NCBI GenBank assembly: GCA_964035545.1
Contig: OZ037770.1
Location: 4,620,662-4,684,661 of the forward strand
Direction of reading: 5' to 3'
DNA length: 64,000 bases
From: Bugula neritina
Lineage: Eukaryota > Animalia > Bryozoa
Numbering within the stretch: position 1 is the first letter of the stretch; the number at the start of each line of letters is the position of its first letter. Shown here in pieces: positions 1-12,900 of the stretch. Under the pieces are notes generated by a model, which had not been told where the DNA came from, did no database searches, and was given only the letters and a program-made list of their open reading frames with translations. The translations under genes and the position numbers were made by a program.

Positions 1-293
1 GTACAAATGCATAGTGTATGATTATATACAGTAATCATATATTTGTGTGTATTAGTATTGCATTCATTTAATACTATACTCTATTTTATTTCAAAATATG
101 TAGAAATTTATTGCAACTAAAACGTAATTCCACATGCAAGTGTTATGATATCATAATATATTTAGTACTGAAAAATTTCATTCGGTATTAAAGACCTATA
201 TTTGCTATCATTACATGTTTAGTATTAAGAATTAACATGGTAAATCACTTACCTCTCGTTTGTACTGACAATAGAACTATAATATGTTTTTAG

Positions 294-640
294 GTTATGG
301 AATCTACAGGAGTTACAGATACTAGACATATCAGAGAATAACTTCACCAGTCTATACCATCTTCAGTGTGCAGACTGAAAAAATCTGCTAGAACTCAAGT
401 TAATCTTCAATGACTGCATGACATCGTTGAATCAGCTGAGATACTATACTGCTAACACATCTTAGTTCTTTATACTAGGTGGTTGTAATGCTCTTACAGC
501 TCCTCCACTATAAACCTGTAAGAAAGAGGGTTAAATGCTGTGAGACAATACTACACACATTTGGCTAAAGGAGCAGGTAGAAATATTCCATTCGCTACAA
601 TAACTGTATTGTGAAAGACCAGCTTGCAGAGCACTAATAG
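294..640 (+). pseudogene. Degenerate fragment of a paralogous LRR-Roc exon
   Basis: tttag acceptor at 291-293 in phase 2, then LWNLQELQILDISENNFTSL. Clear nucleotide similarity to 32075-32440 ([35 protein letters not shown]), but with frameshifts, a stop (TAA about 510) and deletions through the P-loop. Confidence 0.85.
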
Positions 641-1649
641 CAAGTGGTGTCTGCAGGCTGACAATGTTTGCACATATTAGGCTTATTTTACCATTGTATA
701 AGTATATGATTTCACCTGTGAAATTTGCCTGGTTTACCTAGCTTATGATGTCATTTCCTGTCACTTTACACTCTTGCAGTGTTTCATTTCACTGTATATC
801 ATATAATGATTATTTTAATTGATTTGTTTGTTTTGTTTGTTTGATTTGTTTTGATTATTTCAATTATATATAATTGTTATCTATTAATTCAACGTTATTT
901 ACTAGTTATTTATACCTCACCTACAATCTCAGCGCTAGTTTACTAAATTTTGCTTATATTATTACGGTTCAATTATTTCTGACCAATATATAATGCAAAC
1001 ACCTGTTCTTTCTTTTGAAGGTAATTAGTTGTAATGCTTTTTCTCCGTTAGTCATCAGCATTATTGCCTTTTTCAATTTTTTCATCTAAAATTCAATTTT
1101 ATACTCTATGAATAAATTGTATGTGTTTATTATGAACCAAGTCATTTATGAGTTCTAATAATTACACTCAAACGTAGAACTTTGTTTAGTTTTGAAAGAC
1201 AAATTTATTGTCTAAAAGTTTGAAGCTAAAGAAACTAGTAAAAAGTTTCGATCTTTCATGGCAGCTGGTTGATAGAACATTTCAGCTGTAAAACGTACAT
1301 TTAGGTTGGATAATAAACTTATTATAATTGGCGTGTTTACAATTCTACAAGAAATGGTAAAAGTGTGGCTATACGTTGTGTGACAGCTATAGTTAATGCC
1401 TAATACTTGAATAAATAAAATTCAGTTAGTTTGCACAATTTTTTTAACTATGCTTATTTCTCCCTAAAACTTTGTTAATTTAGTGGTAAACAATTTTCTA
1501 TAGCAGCATATTTTATTGAATGCATAGAAAGGCAAAATATTCTATTGATCTAAAGAACATAATTATACTCCGATATGTGATACAGTATAAATATTATACT
1601 TATTTATATAATTGACAAATGAATACAGCTGCGTAGTGAAAAATAATTG

Positions 1650-1700
1650 CCTGGCTGGGATTCGAACCCGTGACCTCTGGCTAACAAGTACACCACTGGA
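1650..1700 (-). mobile_element. Possible tRNA-derived SINE fragment (pol III B box)
   Basis: Reverse strand reads GGTCACGGGTTCGAATCCCAGCC; no complete cloverleaf is visible. Confidence 0.35.
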
Positions 1701-2859
1701 CTTCTATAGGTATATTCACATGCAACACTACACATAGATGTGGTTTAAAAGTTTTTGAAAGTATTGTTGATATCCATTATAATAATGAGTATTGACATAG
1801 TTTAGTAAAAGCAGTATTCAGTGACCAATTTTGATAATGTCTCTCTATGTGTTCAAAGTTGCATTTTATGTAACCGTTTCAGAATGAAATTTTGTTCAGT
1901 AGATGCACAGATTTTCAAATTTTACTAGTGGTTATACTTTTACATATTTCATTGTCCTAAATATTATAATATGGATATACAATATATGTATCATTTACTA
2001 AAGAAATATTACTTTGAGACCTACAAATATTATTGATATAATGGTGACTTAACGTCATATATATCAGAATTCACTCTTAATTGCCTGCCACCAGATTTGT
2101 TGGAAAAACAATTAGCATGAAGTTCAGCATAAAATTATTTGAGGCTATAATATGGATTATGTATTTCATTAGGGAGAAAGGATAGGCTGAGTCAAACGCT
2201 GCAGTTGTGTTCTGTACTATGTATTTGTTATCACAAGGGGATCATCAGGTGAGCAGAAACTCTGCATATTTCAAGTTGATAAATTTTTGTGTGTAGTAAT
2301 ACCTATGTCAGATCAACAGCTATATTTGAATGTTTGACATTTTCGAACATGTAGAATGCTACATTGTAGTATAATATCATAATAAAATAGTATATTGAAT
2401 ATCATAGACAGTGACTAGTGAGAAAGTTGTCTCCCCTAATGCATTCCAATACACTCACCAGCTTGCAAAGTTAGAACAAATCACACATAAATCCTCAATT
2501 ATTAATTAATACAATAATATAAATATAATAAACTAGTATATTATTGATTATTGGCGCAGATAGATGAAAACAATGAAAGCTGTATTTAGCCGCGAGAAGA
2601 AAACTCTACAGTGAAAATAATAGATAGCGCATCGTTTCTAACCAACGTGAGTATTTGCTTTTCTTTGCCGTTTCCGACTTACTTCCTAGCTGACCAAGAG
2701 TCACGAAATTCCCAACTCGTTAATTTTTAATCCACCATTCCCTGTTATGGTAGTTTCATTTATTTTTTCTTGTTTTCAAATTGCTGTATTAAAATAATTA
2801 GGTGCATAAATGTGAATTATGATCATCTCTACATTGGCACGTAATCGTTTTGATTATCA

Positions 2860-3780
2860 GGTTATACATATAGTTATACTGATACTTATAGTTATATTAT
2901 TTATAACTTATAAGTTATTAGTTATAACTATAACTATAAGTTACAGTTATACCTATTGGTTATACTTATACTAATAATTATACTTATACTTATAGTTACA
3001 GCAATAACTTATTAGTTATCATTAATATTATGATTGTGATATCATTATCACCATTATGATAAATTGATTATCATTATGGTTTAGAAAACCATAATCATAA
3101 TGATAATTACTCTAATTTATCAATATTATTATGATTATTGTTATCATTATCATCATTATGGCGTTAATATTACTACTACTATTAGGCTAAATATAATGAT
3201 AATCATAACGATTAAGTTAAGCTGATTATGCCTGGTATTCATATTGATATAGTGATATACTCACAGTCATACCGTATATAGTAATACTGATAGTAACAGT
3301 GAATAACAGAATAAGCGATAATATTAGTAATGCTGATTATAGTTTTGTTTACAATCACAATAATGTAATATGAGTAACATAAGCATTAATGGTTGTCAGC
3401 ATAGTCTATTACTCTATAGCAATAGTATTGCTATAACTATTAGTATTAGTTATCATTAATAATTCTAATGATACTGTTAGTATTATGCAACTTGTAATAC
3501 GAATATAGATATATGATAATTTGATATTAACCATATATCCATGACCAGAATGATAATGTAATGCTAATACTAATAATAATACTGAAAATAAGTAAGACTC
3601 TGGATATCAGTATCAATATAAATATGATTGTTTATAATATTGTTATGTACTATTTGTATTAGTATGCATCTTAGTGATATTTATTGATATTTATGATAAT
3701 TATTGACCATTACTATGCCAACACTTAGCTTTATTGTTTATATTAAGCCTAATGACTATGCTGATTATTATATATTTTAT
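2860..3780. repeat. AT-rich low-complexity region (degenerate GTTATA/TAT/ATT repeats)
   Basis: Direct inspection; no ORF. Confidence 0.6.
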
Positions 3781-4869
3781 CTGCAGTACCCACGGCAACA
3801 CCCGTAGGCAATTTTGTTTAATAGTTAGGATTGAACTATATCATGATATTATTTTAAATTGATTTGATATTTTTTTGGCAATAACCAAATGCACAAACAA
3901 AGCCACATGTTGATAGTGTAATTGTTGATTGTTTCTTAAACTTCAAATTGATTCTTCTTACAGTGTTTCTTCGAAGTTTTTACTCCAATATATGTCAGAA
4001 AGTTTGCCATCTGCGTCTGCATGTAAAATTGCATAGTTTTTAACATGATTGAAATAGTTTTGTAATCTTTTAGTGCATTAGTGAGCTCTTGTACTTGGTT
4101 TTCACAAATTGCGTTATTCTAGATACACTCTAACATTTGTCAGATTGTATTTCAGTCATTAAATAAATCAAGCTGTTCAAGTATATACAGCTATAGAAGT
4201 ATCATCACTGCTGCTTAGGCTGGTTTTAGTTATTGAACTTTGTTAGAGGTTGTTGCGTAGTATTCCTTGTTGGTTTGAGTTATGTTTATGTGTGTTCTAG
4301 CTACATTGCTTGTCTCAATACGATATAGTATGTCATTGTTTAACAACTATATGGTAATATTTGAAGAAACTTGTGTGACAAAGCAAACTAAATCATCTCA
4401 AGGTGTGTTCTTAGCTTCATGAGTGTTTTCATGTTTGCTAAAATTTAGTTTTGAGGCTATTGTTATAGCCATAGGTTAAGTTGTTTTTATGTAAAGGTTT
4501 TCATCACTTTAGTATCTGTAATTGTTTTATATAATTTATTTTAGTGATCTCCTAATATTTATTATAAGTTAATTTAATGAACACCATCCATTAGTATTTC
4601 CAGTTCATCTGCCTTGAGATCCGCAGCTTCTTTAGGATTTTCTGTTTCCAACATATAAATTATTTCACAGACAACAAAATAGCTTTATATTACTGAGAAT
4701 GGTGGATAGATTTTTTGCAATAGGAAATATGTGAAATATGTGTTTAACAAACCACTTAATCAAAGTGTATGTGTTAACCAAATAAGATATTTGATTTAAG
4801 GATGTTGTATTTGCATAAATCAATTTATAAGTTAGCTATATATAGCTATGGTTCTGCTCTAACCCCTAA

Positions 4870-4937
4870 TTTGTGTTTACTATAGACAACTGCTCTAACC
4901 CCTAGGGGTTAGAGCAGTTGTCTATAGTAAACACAAA
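4870..4937. repeat. Perfect 68-bp palindrome
   Basis: TTTGTGTTTACTATAGACAACTGCTCTAACCCCT|AGGGGTTAGAGCAGTTGTCTATAGTAAACACAAA, with no spacer. Confidence 0.95.
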
Positions 4938-5225
4938 CTTCGGGGTGGGAGTTTAATAAACGCCATTGGTGATGTTAGAAAGAGCATCCAGTCATAATTG
5001 CTCCTGTGCCCACCTAAATAGGTCTTTAACCCAATCTAACAAAAGCCCTTCCATCATGGTTTTCCCCAAAGATGATGACTATAAACTTGTGGTAGTTTTT
5101 CTATATGACTATGGCTATGCCATAGTCATAATGATATGCTATACTAGTTGGCTCATCCATTACTTGTTTTGACTGCCTTTGTTTTTATGGTTTGCTTCTC
5201 ACAGAGATAAATATTCTTTTTATAG

Positions 5226-5298
5226 ATGACTGTATGTGTTTGAGTGTAAGAAGAAATGTCGAATCTGCTGGTTCAGCCTCCAACTGGTGGATCTCTGG
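5226..5298 (+). other. Probable 5'UTR exon of the LRR-Roc-COR-caspase gene
   Basis: Polypyrimidine-tag acceptor and CTGG|gtatgt donor; sequence and both splice sites are conserved in the paralogous copy at about 61630-61701. Confidence 0.45.
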
Positions 5299-5361
5299 GT
5301 ATGTGTATTTAAACTATTTATTCAACTCCTGACTTGGCGGATTGTCACTGTGAATAGTTGG

Positions 5362-5545
5362 CACTAATATTCTACCTTACACTAATAGTCTACCTTACAC
5401 TAATATTCTACCTTACACTAACAATCTACCTTACACTAATATTCTACCTTACACTAATATTCTACCTTGCACTAATATTCTACCTTACACTAATAGTCTA
5501 GCTTACACTAATAGTCTAGCTTACACTAATAGTCTAGCTTACACT
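5362..5545. repeat. 18-bp minisatellite (CACTAATATTCTACCTTA), about 10 copies
   Basis: Direct tandem repeat; the same unit occurs at 61766-62020. Confidence 0.95.
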
Positions 5546-6915
5546 GGTTTAGGTGACTGGAAAACACATGTATCCCGGTAGTTGTATAGGAATCTTCCCC
5601 TTACTGTACTGTCTCACTCTCATCATTCTAAACCCTCTTCTAGTAATCGTCTCTTCCCAGCATTAAATATATATTAAGGGTAGAAATAGTAAAACTATAG
5701 CCAAGTCTCTAATCAGTCATTCAAATCAGGAGATAATACTAAGTGTCTCTGTGTTTGTAACCTATTTTATTAAATTATGCAATTAGGTATAGCAGTGCAT
5801 AGGTATGCTGAAGGGTATCATCTTTTATAGTTGGTTCAGAATGGAACAATGGCAGATCAACTGTGATTTTTTAATAGCTATTCTATTTTCATCATCAGTA
5901 TAATTATATGAGAGGGTATCAAATTCCAAGCTATAAGGATTGTCTTTATTTATCATTCTACCGAATTTCTAATAGCTAATTCATGTTTGGTCTCATTACA
6001 CATTATTTGCTATGCTAACTTGACTAAATGGAAATTAATACTTATATATGGAAACAATTAAGAGTGTAGCTATAAGTTGTATGTTTTATTCAGTTTAAAT
6101 AACTACAAAATACTTAATTTGACAAAAGGTGAACATAGCTACTAGACCACATGTTTCAATAGCACTGCAGCTAGTAGAGATCAGTAATCTTGTAGAGTTA
6201 GTCATGAATTGTGGAATTTCCACTTCTCCTTAGACTGCATAGCACCGTGTTTAGATATAGTCATGTTATAGTACTTGGTCTATTTATATAAGAGGTTATA
6301 AATTACTGGGTGATGATTATTCGATACAGCTTCGTTCAGAAGAAAAATATTATCTAATACTTCTGCCTTTGAGGAATTTCTGAATGCAGTTTAGGATTCT
6401 GCTGTTACACTGTTTTAACTATCTTGTAGCTTGTGTATTAAACCACTACTATTGGATGCTGTCACATTGTTATATTTAATTACCTTTTTGTATAAGAATA
6501 TAGATGTTACTGTATCTAGCTTTGTTTATCCCACTATATAAGTGATTGAAATATTCCAAAAATTCCTGCGATATGAGTTCTTTGCATTTTCCGTAAACTG
6601 TGTTAAGTCAAATAAGAACTATCACTTTGAGCCGCAACTTATTCAACTTGTTTGATGCAAAGGAATATTAGTAATGATTATTTATTTATATATAATAAAT
6701 TATATAAGTGTTTAAGAAAGTTGTCAAAGCCCCTGAATTAAGTTTGTTGACCTGATGTTTTGTTCAGCCCTTTCTGGGAAAATTTATGTACTAAAATACT
6801 GAAAACAGCAGGTGACCGTATTTTATTACTTCATGTATAATAAATGTTTTAGATGGAGTTGTTACACCTTAGCTGATACTTATTACCAAGAAAGATAATC
6901 TACTATTTGGTAGCC

Positions 6916-6928
6916 ATGGCAACAGCTG
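6916..6928 (+). CDS. First coding exon part (MATA)
   Basis: gccATGGCAACAGCTG|gtgagt; phase 1 fits the next exon; acceptor at 6851-6852. Confidence 0.6.
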
Positions 6929-9900
6929 GTGAGTGAGTTTAAATACTCTTTTATTCACATATTTCTTGGAAAATAGAAATATATAAACTCTGAAGATATG
7001 TTGATGTTGTGCCACCAGAATTTAATATAAATCTATAAAACTATTTTATTATCATGCACTACTCTCTATAGTACTGTTTTATGTCACCAATTATCGTATT
7101 GCTTTGAGAATAGTAGAATAGATAAAACTATGCAAGCATTTGGGTTAGGGTTGTCTAATCTCAACACAATAAACACTGAACTATAAACTATACATAAAGT
7201 GATTATTTAGAAAGAATATAAAGCTATGCAATAAAATATATGTTACGTTAGTCATTGTCATAATTACTGAAATCCACCACAATATATGACAGGTGTCAGA
7301 ACGACATACATCACCTGCTAGCACTGTGTAATAATCACACTGCCACTGTATGATGTTACAGAGAAGATGAAAATTTGGTTCAGACATTCTGGACAGCCTC
7401 CTGTAGACTGGTCAGATGTACTGTGTGCTGATACCAAGTCATATACTACTGCTGAGGTGAAACGTGAAGTTGGGAGTTATCATATCACAGATCTGAAAGT
7501 GGAAGGGGAAATTCCAAGTAACATTGGAGAGATTGCTGGTAGAGCCCTGTGTCTATATGTTTTTAAACTGAGTGACGGAGCAAGTCTAGACAAGTGAGTG
7601 TCTATTAAAATAGCTGTGGAAATGATAAATGAATTCAGTTGTGTTATTTATTAAATGATAACGGATAATAGATGCTGAAGTTAAAGCATCTTTTTGCTCA
7701 TAATATATTCATACAATATAATATATATCAATATAGTAATATGTGCAACATTAAGCTTATAGTTGTAGAAACTAAGAAATGTAAAACTGCCTCTACTGCT
7801 ACTTCATAGTATTGATTAAATCATGTTTTATGTATATATAGCTAAAAGCTGGAGTAATGTACAGTTCATAATATATTATACAAAAGACTATGTTATGTCA
7901 TCAACTGCAAATTTACAATCTTAAACATTAGTTAATATATTAATTTACAGAGCATTGTAGAGTGAGGCCTCATGTACTATAAACTAACAGCTAACCTTCC
8001 TCTCCTCACCTACAACATAATATAACTGAAACTCTTTGGTGTTTTTTGCAACAATATATCTGTTTCCTGCATCTTTTATGTTGAATACACAAGTAGTCTG
8101 ATATAATGGTATATATTATTTTGATATATGACACACTTTATATCATGTTAAAAAACCTAAATATGCATATTTTTTGAAGTTATCTAATAGCTTGTCCTAA
8201 CGTGTAAATAATACAGTTTAATGGCATGCCATTGTATATCCTTATATCACAGAACTTTTCATAATCAATAATAAAACAGCCATCTGTAGTTTACTGGCAA
8301 TCATGGTAATAATTGAATCTTTCTTAGCTTCTTGCATCAATCACTTTGATTATCCATTACTCGAATGAATTTATTTTCTGCATTTTTTACCTGGTTGACT
8401 GTGCTTAGCAATATTATATGTACAGTGTCTATTTTTATGACACAGTAGACTACATATATCATACACTTTATATTACAGTCTGTGTCAGCTGACTCAGTTA
8501 GAGAAACTAGACATAGGAGAGAATCCTCTCAACACAGTACCTGAAGTTGTTTCATCACTCACATCACTTAAAAAGTTGAATATGAAGAGATGTAAATTAT
8601 CTACTTTACCTGAGAGGTTTGTGTGTTGCACTATTTCTTCTGTCTTAAACATTCAATATTTAACATATTTAATGCTTATTAAGTAGTGTTATGCAATGTC
8701 ATCATGTATTGCAAACATATGTTGAAAAACCTAAATATGCATTTCTGAAGTTATTTAATAGCTTGTCCTAACGTAGAAATAATACCGTTTAATGGTATGC
8801 CATTGTATATATCCTTGTATATCACAGAATTTTTTATAATTAATTAATAATTAATAATAAAACAGCCATCTGCAGTTTACTGGCAATCATAGCAATAATT
8901 GAATCTGTCTTAGCTTCTTGCATCAATCACTTCGACTATCCATTACTGCAATGAATTTGTTTTCTGCATTTTTCCCTGGTTGACAGCGCCTTAAGCAATA
9001 TAGTCTATACAGTGTATATCATTATCACACAGTAGACTACATATATCTTACCCTTTATGATTATTGCAGTCTATGTCAGCTGACTCAGTTAGAGAAACTA
9101 GACATAAGAGATAATCCTCTCAACACAGTACCTGAAGTTGTGTCATCACTCACATCACTTCAGGAGTTGGATTTGGAGAGCTGTGAATTATCTAATCTAC
9201 CTGAGAGGTTTGTGGAGTTTTTTAATATTTCAAACATTCAATAATTCACATTTTGATATAATGCTTACCAAGTATTGTTGGTTAGTATACCATTATGTAC
9301 CATTAAAAGGGTAAAGCTATAGATTGTAATTTGCTTGAGATTATATTGTATTATGGTTTCTCGTAACTTGCAAATGAACATGTTTTATTCATTTGGCATT
9401 ACATACTCTAATGGTATAAACCTTCGTTTACAAATAATATAGCATCCACTCGTAATTTACTAGTATCTATTTCCCATTAAATGCTTATTAGCTTTCTGTA
9501 TTTTACTTTGAATATACCTTGTCGGAATAAATTTGTATATAATATTATCCTGAACGAGTTGATTACATATATCATGTACTTTTTATTACAGTCTATGTCA
9601 GCTGACTCAGCTAGAGAAACTAAACATAGGATTGAATTCTCTCAACACAGTACCAGAAGTTGTGTCATCATTCACATCACTTAAAGAGTTGCATATGATG
9701 GGCTGTAAAATATCTAATCTACCTGAGAGGTTTGTTCGTCACAATACTCTTTCTGTTTCAAAAAGTCAATCACTCACATCTTTACATGCTTGTCAATTAT
9801 TGCTAGAGTATATAATCCTACATTGTTATATTCAACGGCCTTTCGATTTTTTTCTAGTAGTTTTTCACATCCTGTGAATAACCCAGTTTCATGGCATGAG

Positions 9901-12900
9901 ATTGTATGTTATTATGCCACAAGAACTTTTTGTAATTTATGACAAAACAGCCATCTATAGTTTACTGGCAATCATGTGTTGTGCGAAGCACAATATTTAT
10001 GTGGGCTTTCTAGTGAGCAATCAGCATTTAGTCACAAGCAATTCACTGGTCATCTCGTTTTATAAACTTTATTATAAACTATAAATATGGCGTAAAAATC
10101 TCTATAAGTATTATCACAATGCTACTTTACATCACGGCAAGTATACGCTAACTAACTAATAAATTGTTCTGCTTGGCTTCATCCAATAGTTGCCAATCAC
10201 TCTCTGAACCACGCCCTATTACACCGCCCCCCCCAACAGGAAGCATGCCTTCCTGATATGCACCCATAACAAAAAAAAATATAAAACAATTTATTACATA
10301 AAAAAAACCAAAAAAAAATATAAGATCTGAACATCACGTAAGGTGGACATCTCCAAAAGAGTTTACACACTATTGAGCAAATTTATGTATTGGCACAAGA
10401 AAAATATAATGATAAAAGAAAACAGAATAATACAATCACATATACGGAGATCGTGAAGCAAGGAGATTAGAGACGGCCAGAGGAGGGGAGAACGGAGAGA
10501 GAGAGATCGTCACCATCTGCAGGTGCGCATAGTCAGAGAAGTGAAGAGGGGGGATACTGCTATCATCAGTCTTGGTCGCCCCGTTTGAGGAGGGCCACCG
10601 AAGCTTTGAGAGTCTTCATCTCGGAGGCGGCTGCGGCAACTCTGGGGGTTAACCGTTGAATCTCAGCTTCTAAGTCATACATACGGAGCTCGACTTCTTT
10701 TATATTGCGAGCTGTGGGAGCCTGCCGTTTTGGGGAGGAGGGATGCCAGCAGCGTTTTTGAAGAGGGTTGTATAGAAGTGGGAGTGGGGGAACGTCATTT
10801 CCGAGGTATCTCGACTCTGTGGAGTAGGAGTCGAGGTAGGGTGGAGGGACGAGGTATAGTCTGTGCTGGAGGAGAGTGAGGTGACTTGGTAGGTTTCTTG
10901 TGTCTAGGGGGTCTTGGGCACGGTCCATGAGTGATGATGCGAGGGGAGGGGAATCCTTGTTTGAGTCGTTCAAAGCGGGGGAGATCCTTAATGAAAGGCT
11001 TGATCAGATTGAGAAAGGTGGGGAAGTTGTACTGGTCAACATCATACAGATGTCCCACATGGCAGTCCATAGTGCGCTGATGTTTGAGGATGTAGTCCCT
11101 GTGGTAACTACATTCACCACAGGGACAGAGAGTAGTTAGGAAGTGTTGCGGTACGTGGACGCGCAAACGGCGATGGGTGGAGAAGTGCTGCTGACACAGC
11201 CTGCAGGTGGTGCATTCGTCATGGCCGCGGTGTAGTTGAATCTGTTTTTCTGTGTCTGGTGCGACCCAGCTATGTTGTTGAAGTAGCACGTCTGGTAGGG
11301 ATGTAGGAGGTGTCTCACCGTTCCAGGCCAGTTCTAATGGTGGCATGTCTCCGTAGTTAGGAGAGCGAGTGGCGTCTAAAAGAGCAGAATTATTGTTAGA
11401 TCGAGTTTGATCTTTACAGCATAATTCTGATGACAATCGACTGTTAATAGTCTGAGAGTCATGCATCTTTTTATACGGCACTCGAGAGACTGTGTCAGAA
11501 CGTGTAAACTGACTGAGAGACATAGTATCAAGCTCCAGATCTAGTAGATCGTCCGCCATTACTATGTCCTCGTCGTCATTCACGTGTGACTCTGTCTCCA
11601 GTAACTGTGATTCAATCAGATCGATTAAATCAGAGTTGACTGAGGTGAGATCTATTTCCATTAGTGGAGTGTTAGATCTAAGCAAGCTTACCTGGGAACT
11701 CGGTATTTATACTCATACTCGACGTTCAAGATTGGATGTGGATGGATTAAAAAGCACGTCTACTCTTGACCGCGTCGGCGTAGGAAAAGGCTGGGCAGAG
11801 TGTTTGTTGTGCGAGACCGGAACTATGTGCCCGGAGAGTGGTAATTCCACTCGCTATTCCGTTTTCGCAAAACTTGGTTTTTCCGTTGTGTTCATAACTC
11901 CCACGCTTTGCTGCCAGTCTTTCCGTACGGCGCCCAGCTGGACTTTCATACCTGCCGCTTGTAATGCGGTCGCGTACAAAGTCTTGGAGATAAGCTGGGG
12001 GTCTTCTAGTACGTTGTCCCCTTTCAAGGAGGGGGGAGATGTACTAGTGGTAGACACCGGGGAAGGTGGTGTAGCTGGTGAGGGAGGTGGTGTAGCTGGT
12101 GAGGGAGGTGGTGTACTCACCAGTGGGTTGTTATTTTCCACTGGTGGTGTTTCCTGCCTCCCGTCAGCCGTTATTCTTTCTTCCCCTCTGTTTTCTCCGG
12201 ATGGAGCCCCTCCCGTGTGGAGTTTTGCACTTCCGGAAGTATACTCATTTCCGGAAGTGGTGGTGGTAGCCCTGGGGTCAGACGGCTTGGTTCTGGAGGC
12301 AGAGGGTGTGGCCCCGTTGGGGGAGGTGGCCTCTCTTGCCTTGCCAAGTCTTCCGTCCGTGGCATGACCCACTCATCATTGGGTTTATGCCGCCGCCGCC
12401 CGCGCATCGTTGTCTGCCTCCTGGGCTCTAACAATGGGGGGCACCCCCGGCCGCACCTGGGCTAGCCCAATAGGGTTTCAAGCGGGCTTCATTCTGGACA
12501 GATATTTGTCCAGACCGCTCCAACTTGTAAGTGTGATTGGGCATCACCTCAACTACCACGTAGAGCTCTACAAACTTAGGCTGTAGTTTAGCCGCCTGTC
12601 CTCGACGCCTACGGTAGTTGATCATCCAAACCCAGTCTCCGGTCTGGTAGAGGGGTGGCTCATCAGCGTCTTCCTGTCACACCTGCCACTGCTTATCCCG
12701 CAGTATTTCGTGTGCGACTTTCAGACGCTCTATCAATTCCCCAGCCTACTCGTGGACAGAGTATTCTGGCTCTGGAATATGATAGGCGAGGTGGTCGGGC
12801 ACTCGTGTCTCACGACCGAGTGTCAAGAGGTTGGGGGTCTCGCCGGTGCTGGTATGTGGCGTGCTGCGGTAGGCCCGCATGACCTGCGGCAACACGAGAT

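Noticed and set aside
1650-1700. tRNA gene
   Set aside because: Only a B-box/T-arm is recognisable; no full cloverleaf.
2555-2652. Possible first non-coding exon ending at a gtgagt donor
   Set aside because: Only a donor-like site and slight CpG enrichment; insufficient without transcript data.
8438-8470. CACAGTA upstream of and within cassettes, resembling the V(D)J RSS heptamer CACAGTG
   Set aside because: No ACAAAAACC-like nonamer at 12/23 spacing is visible, no RAG/Transib gene is in the window, and recurrence is explained by duplication.
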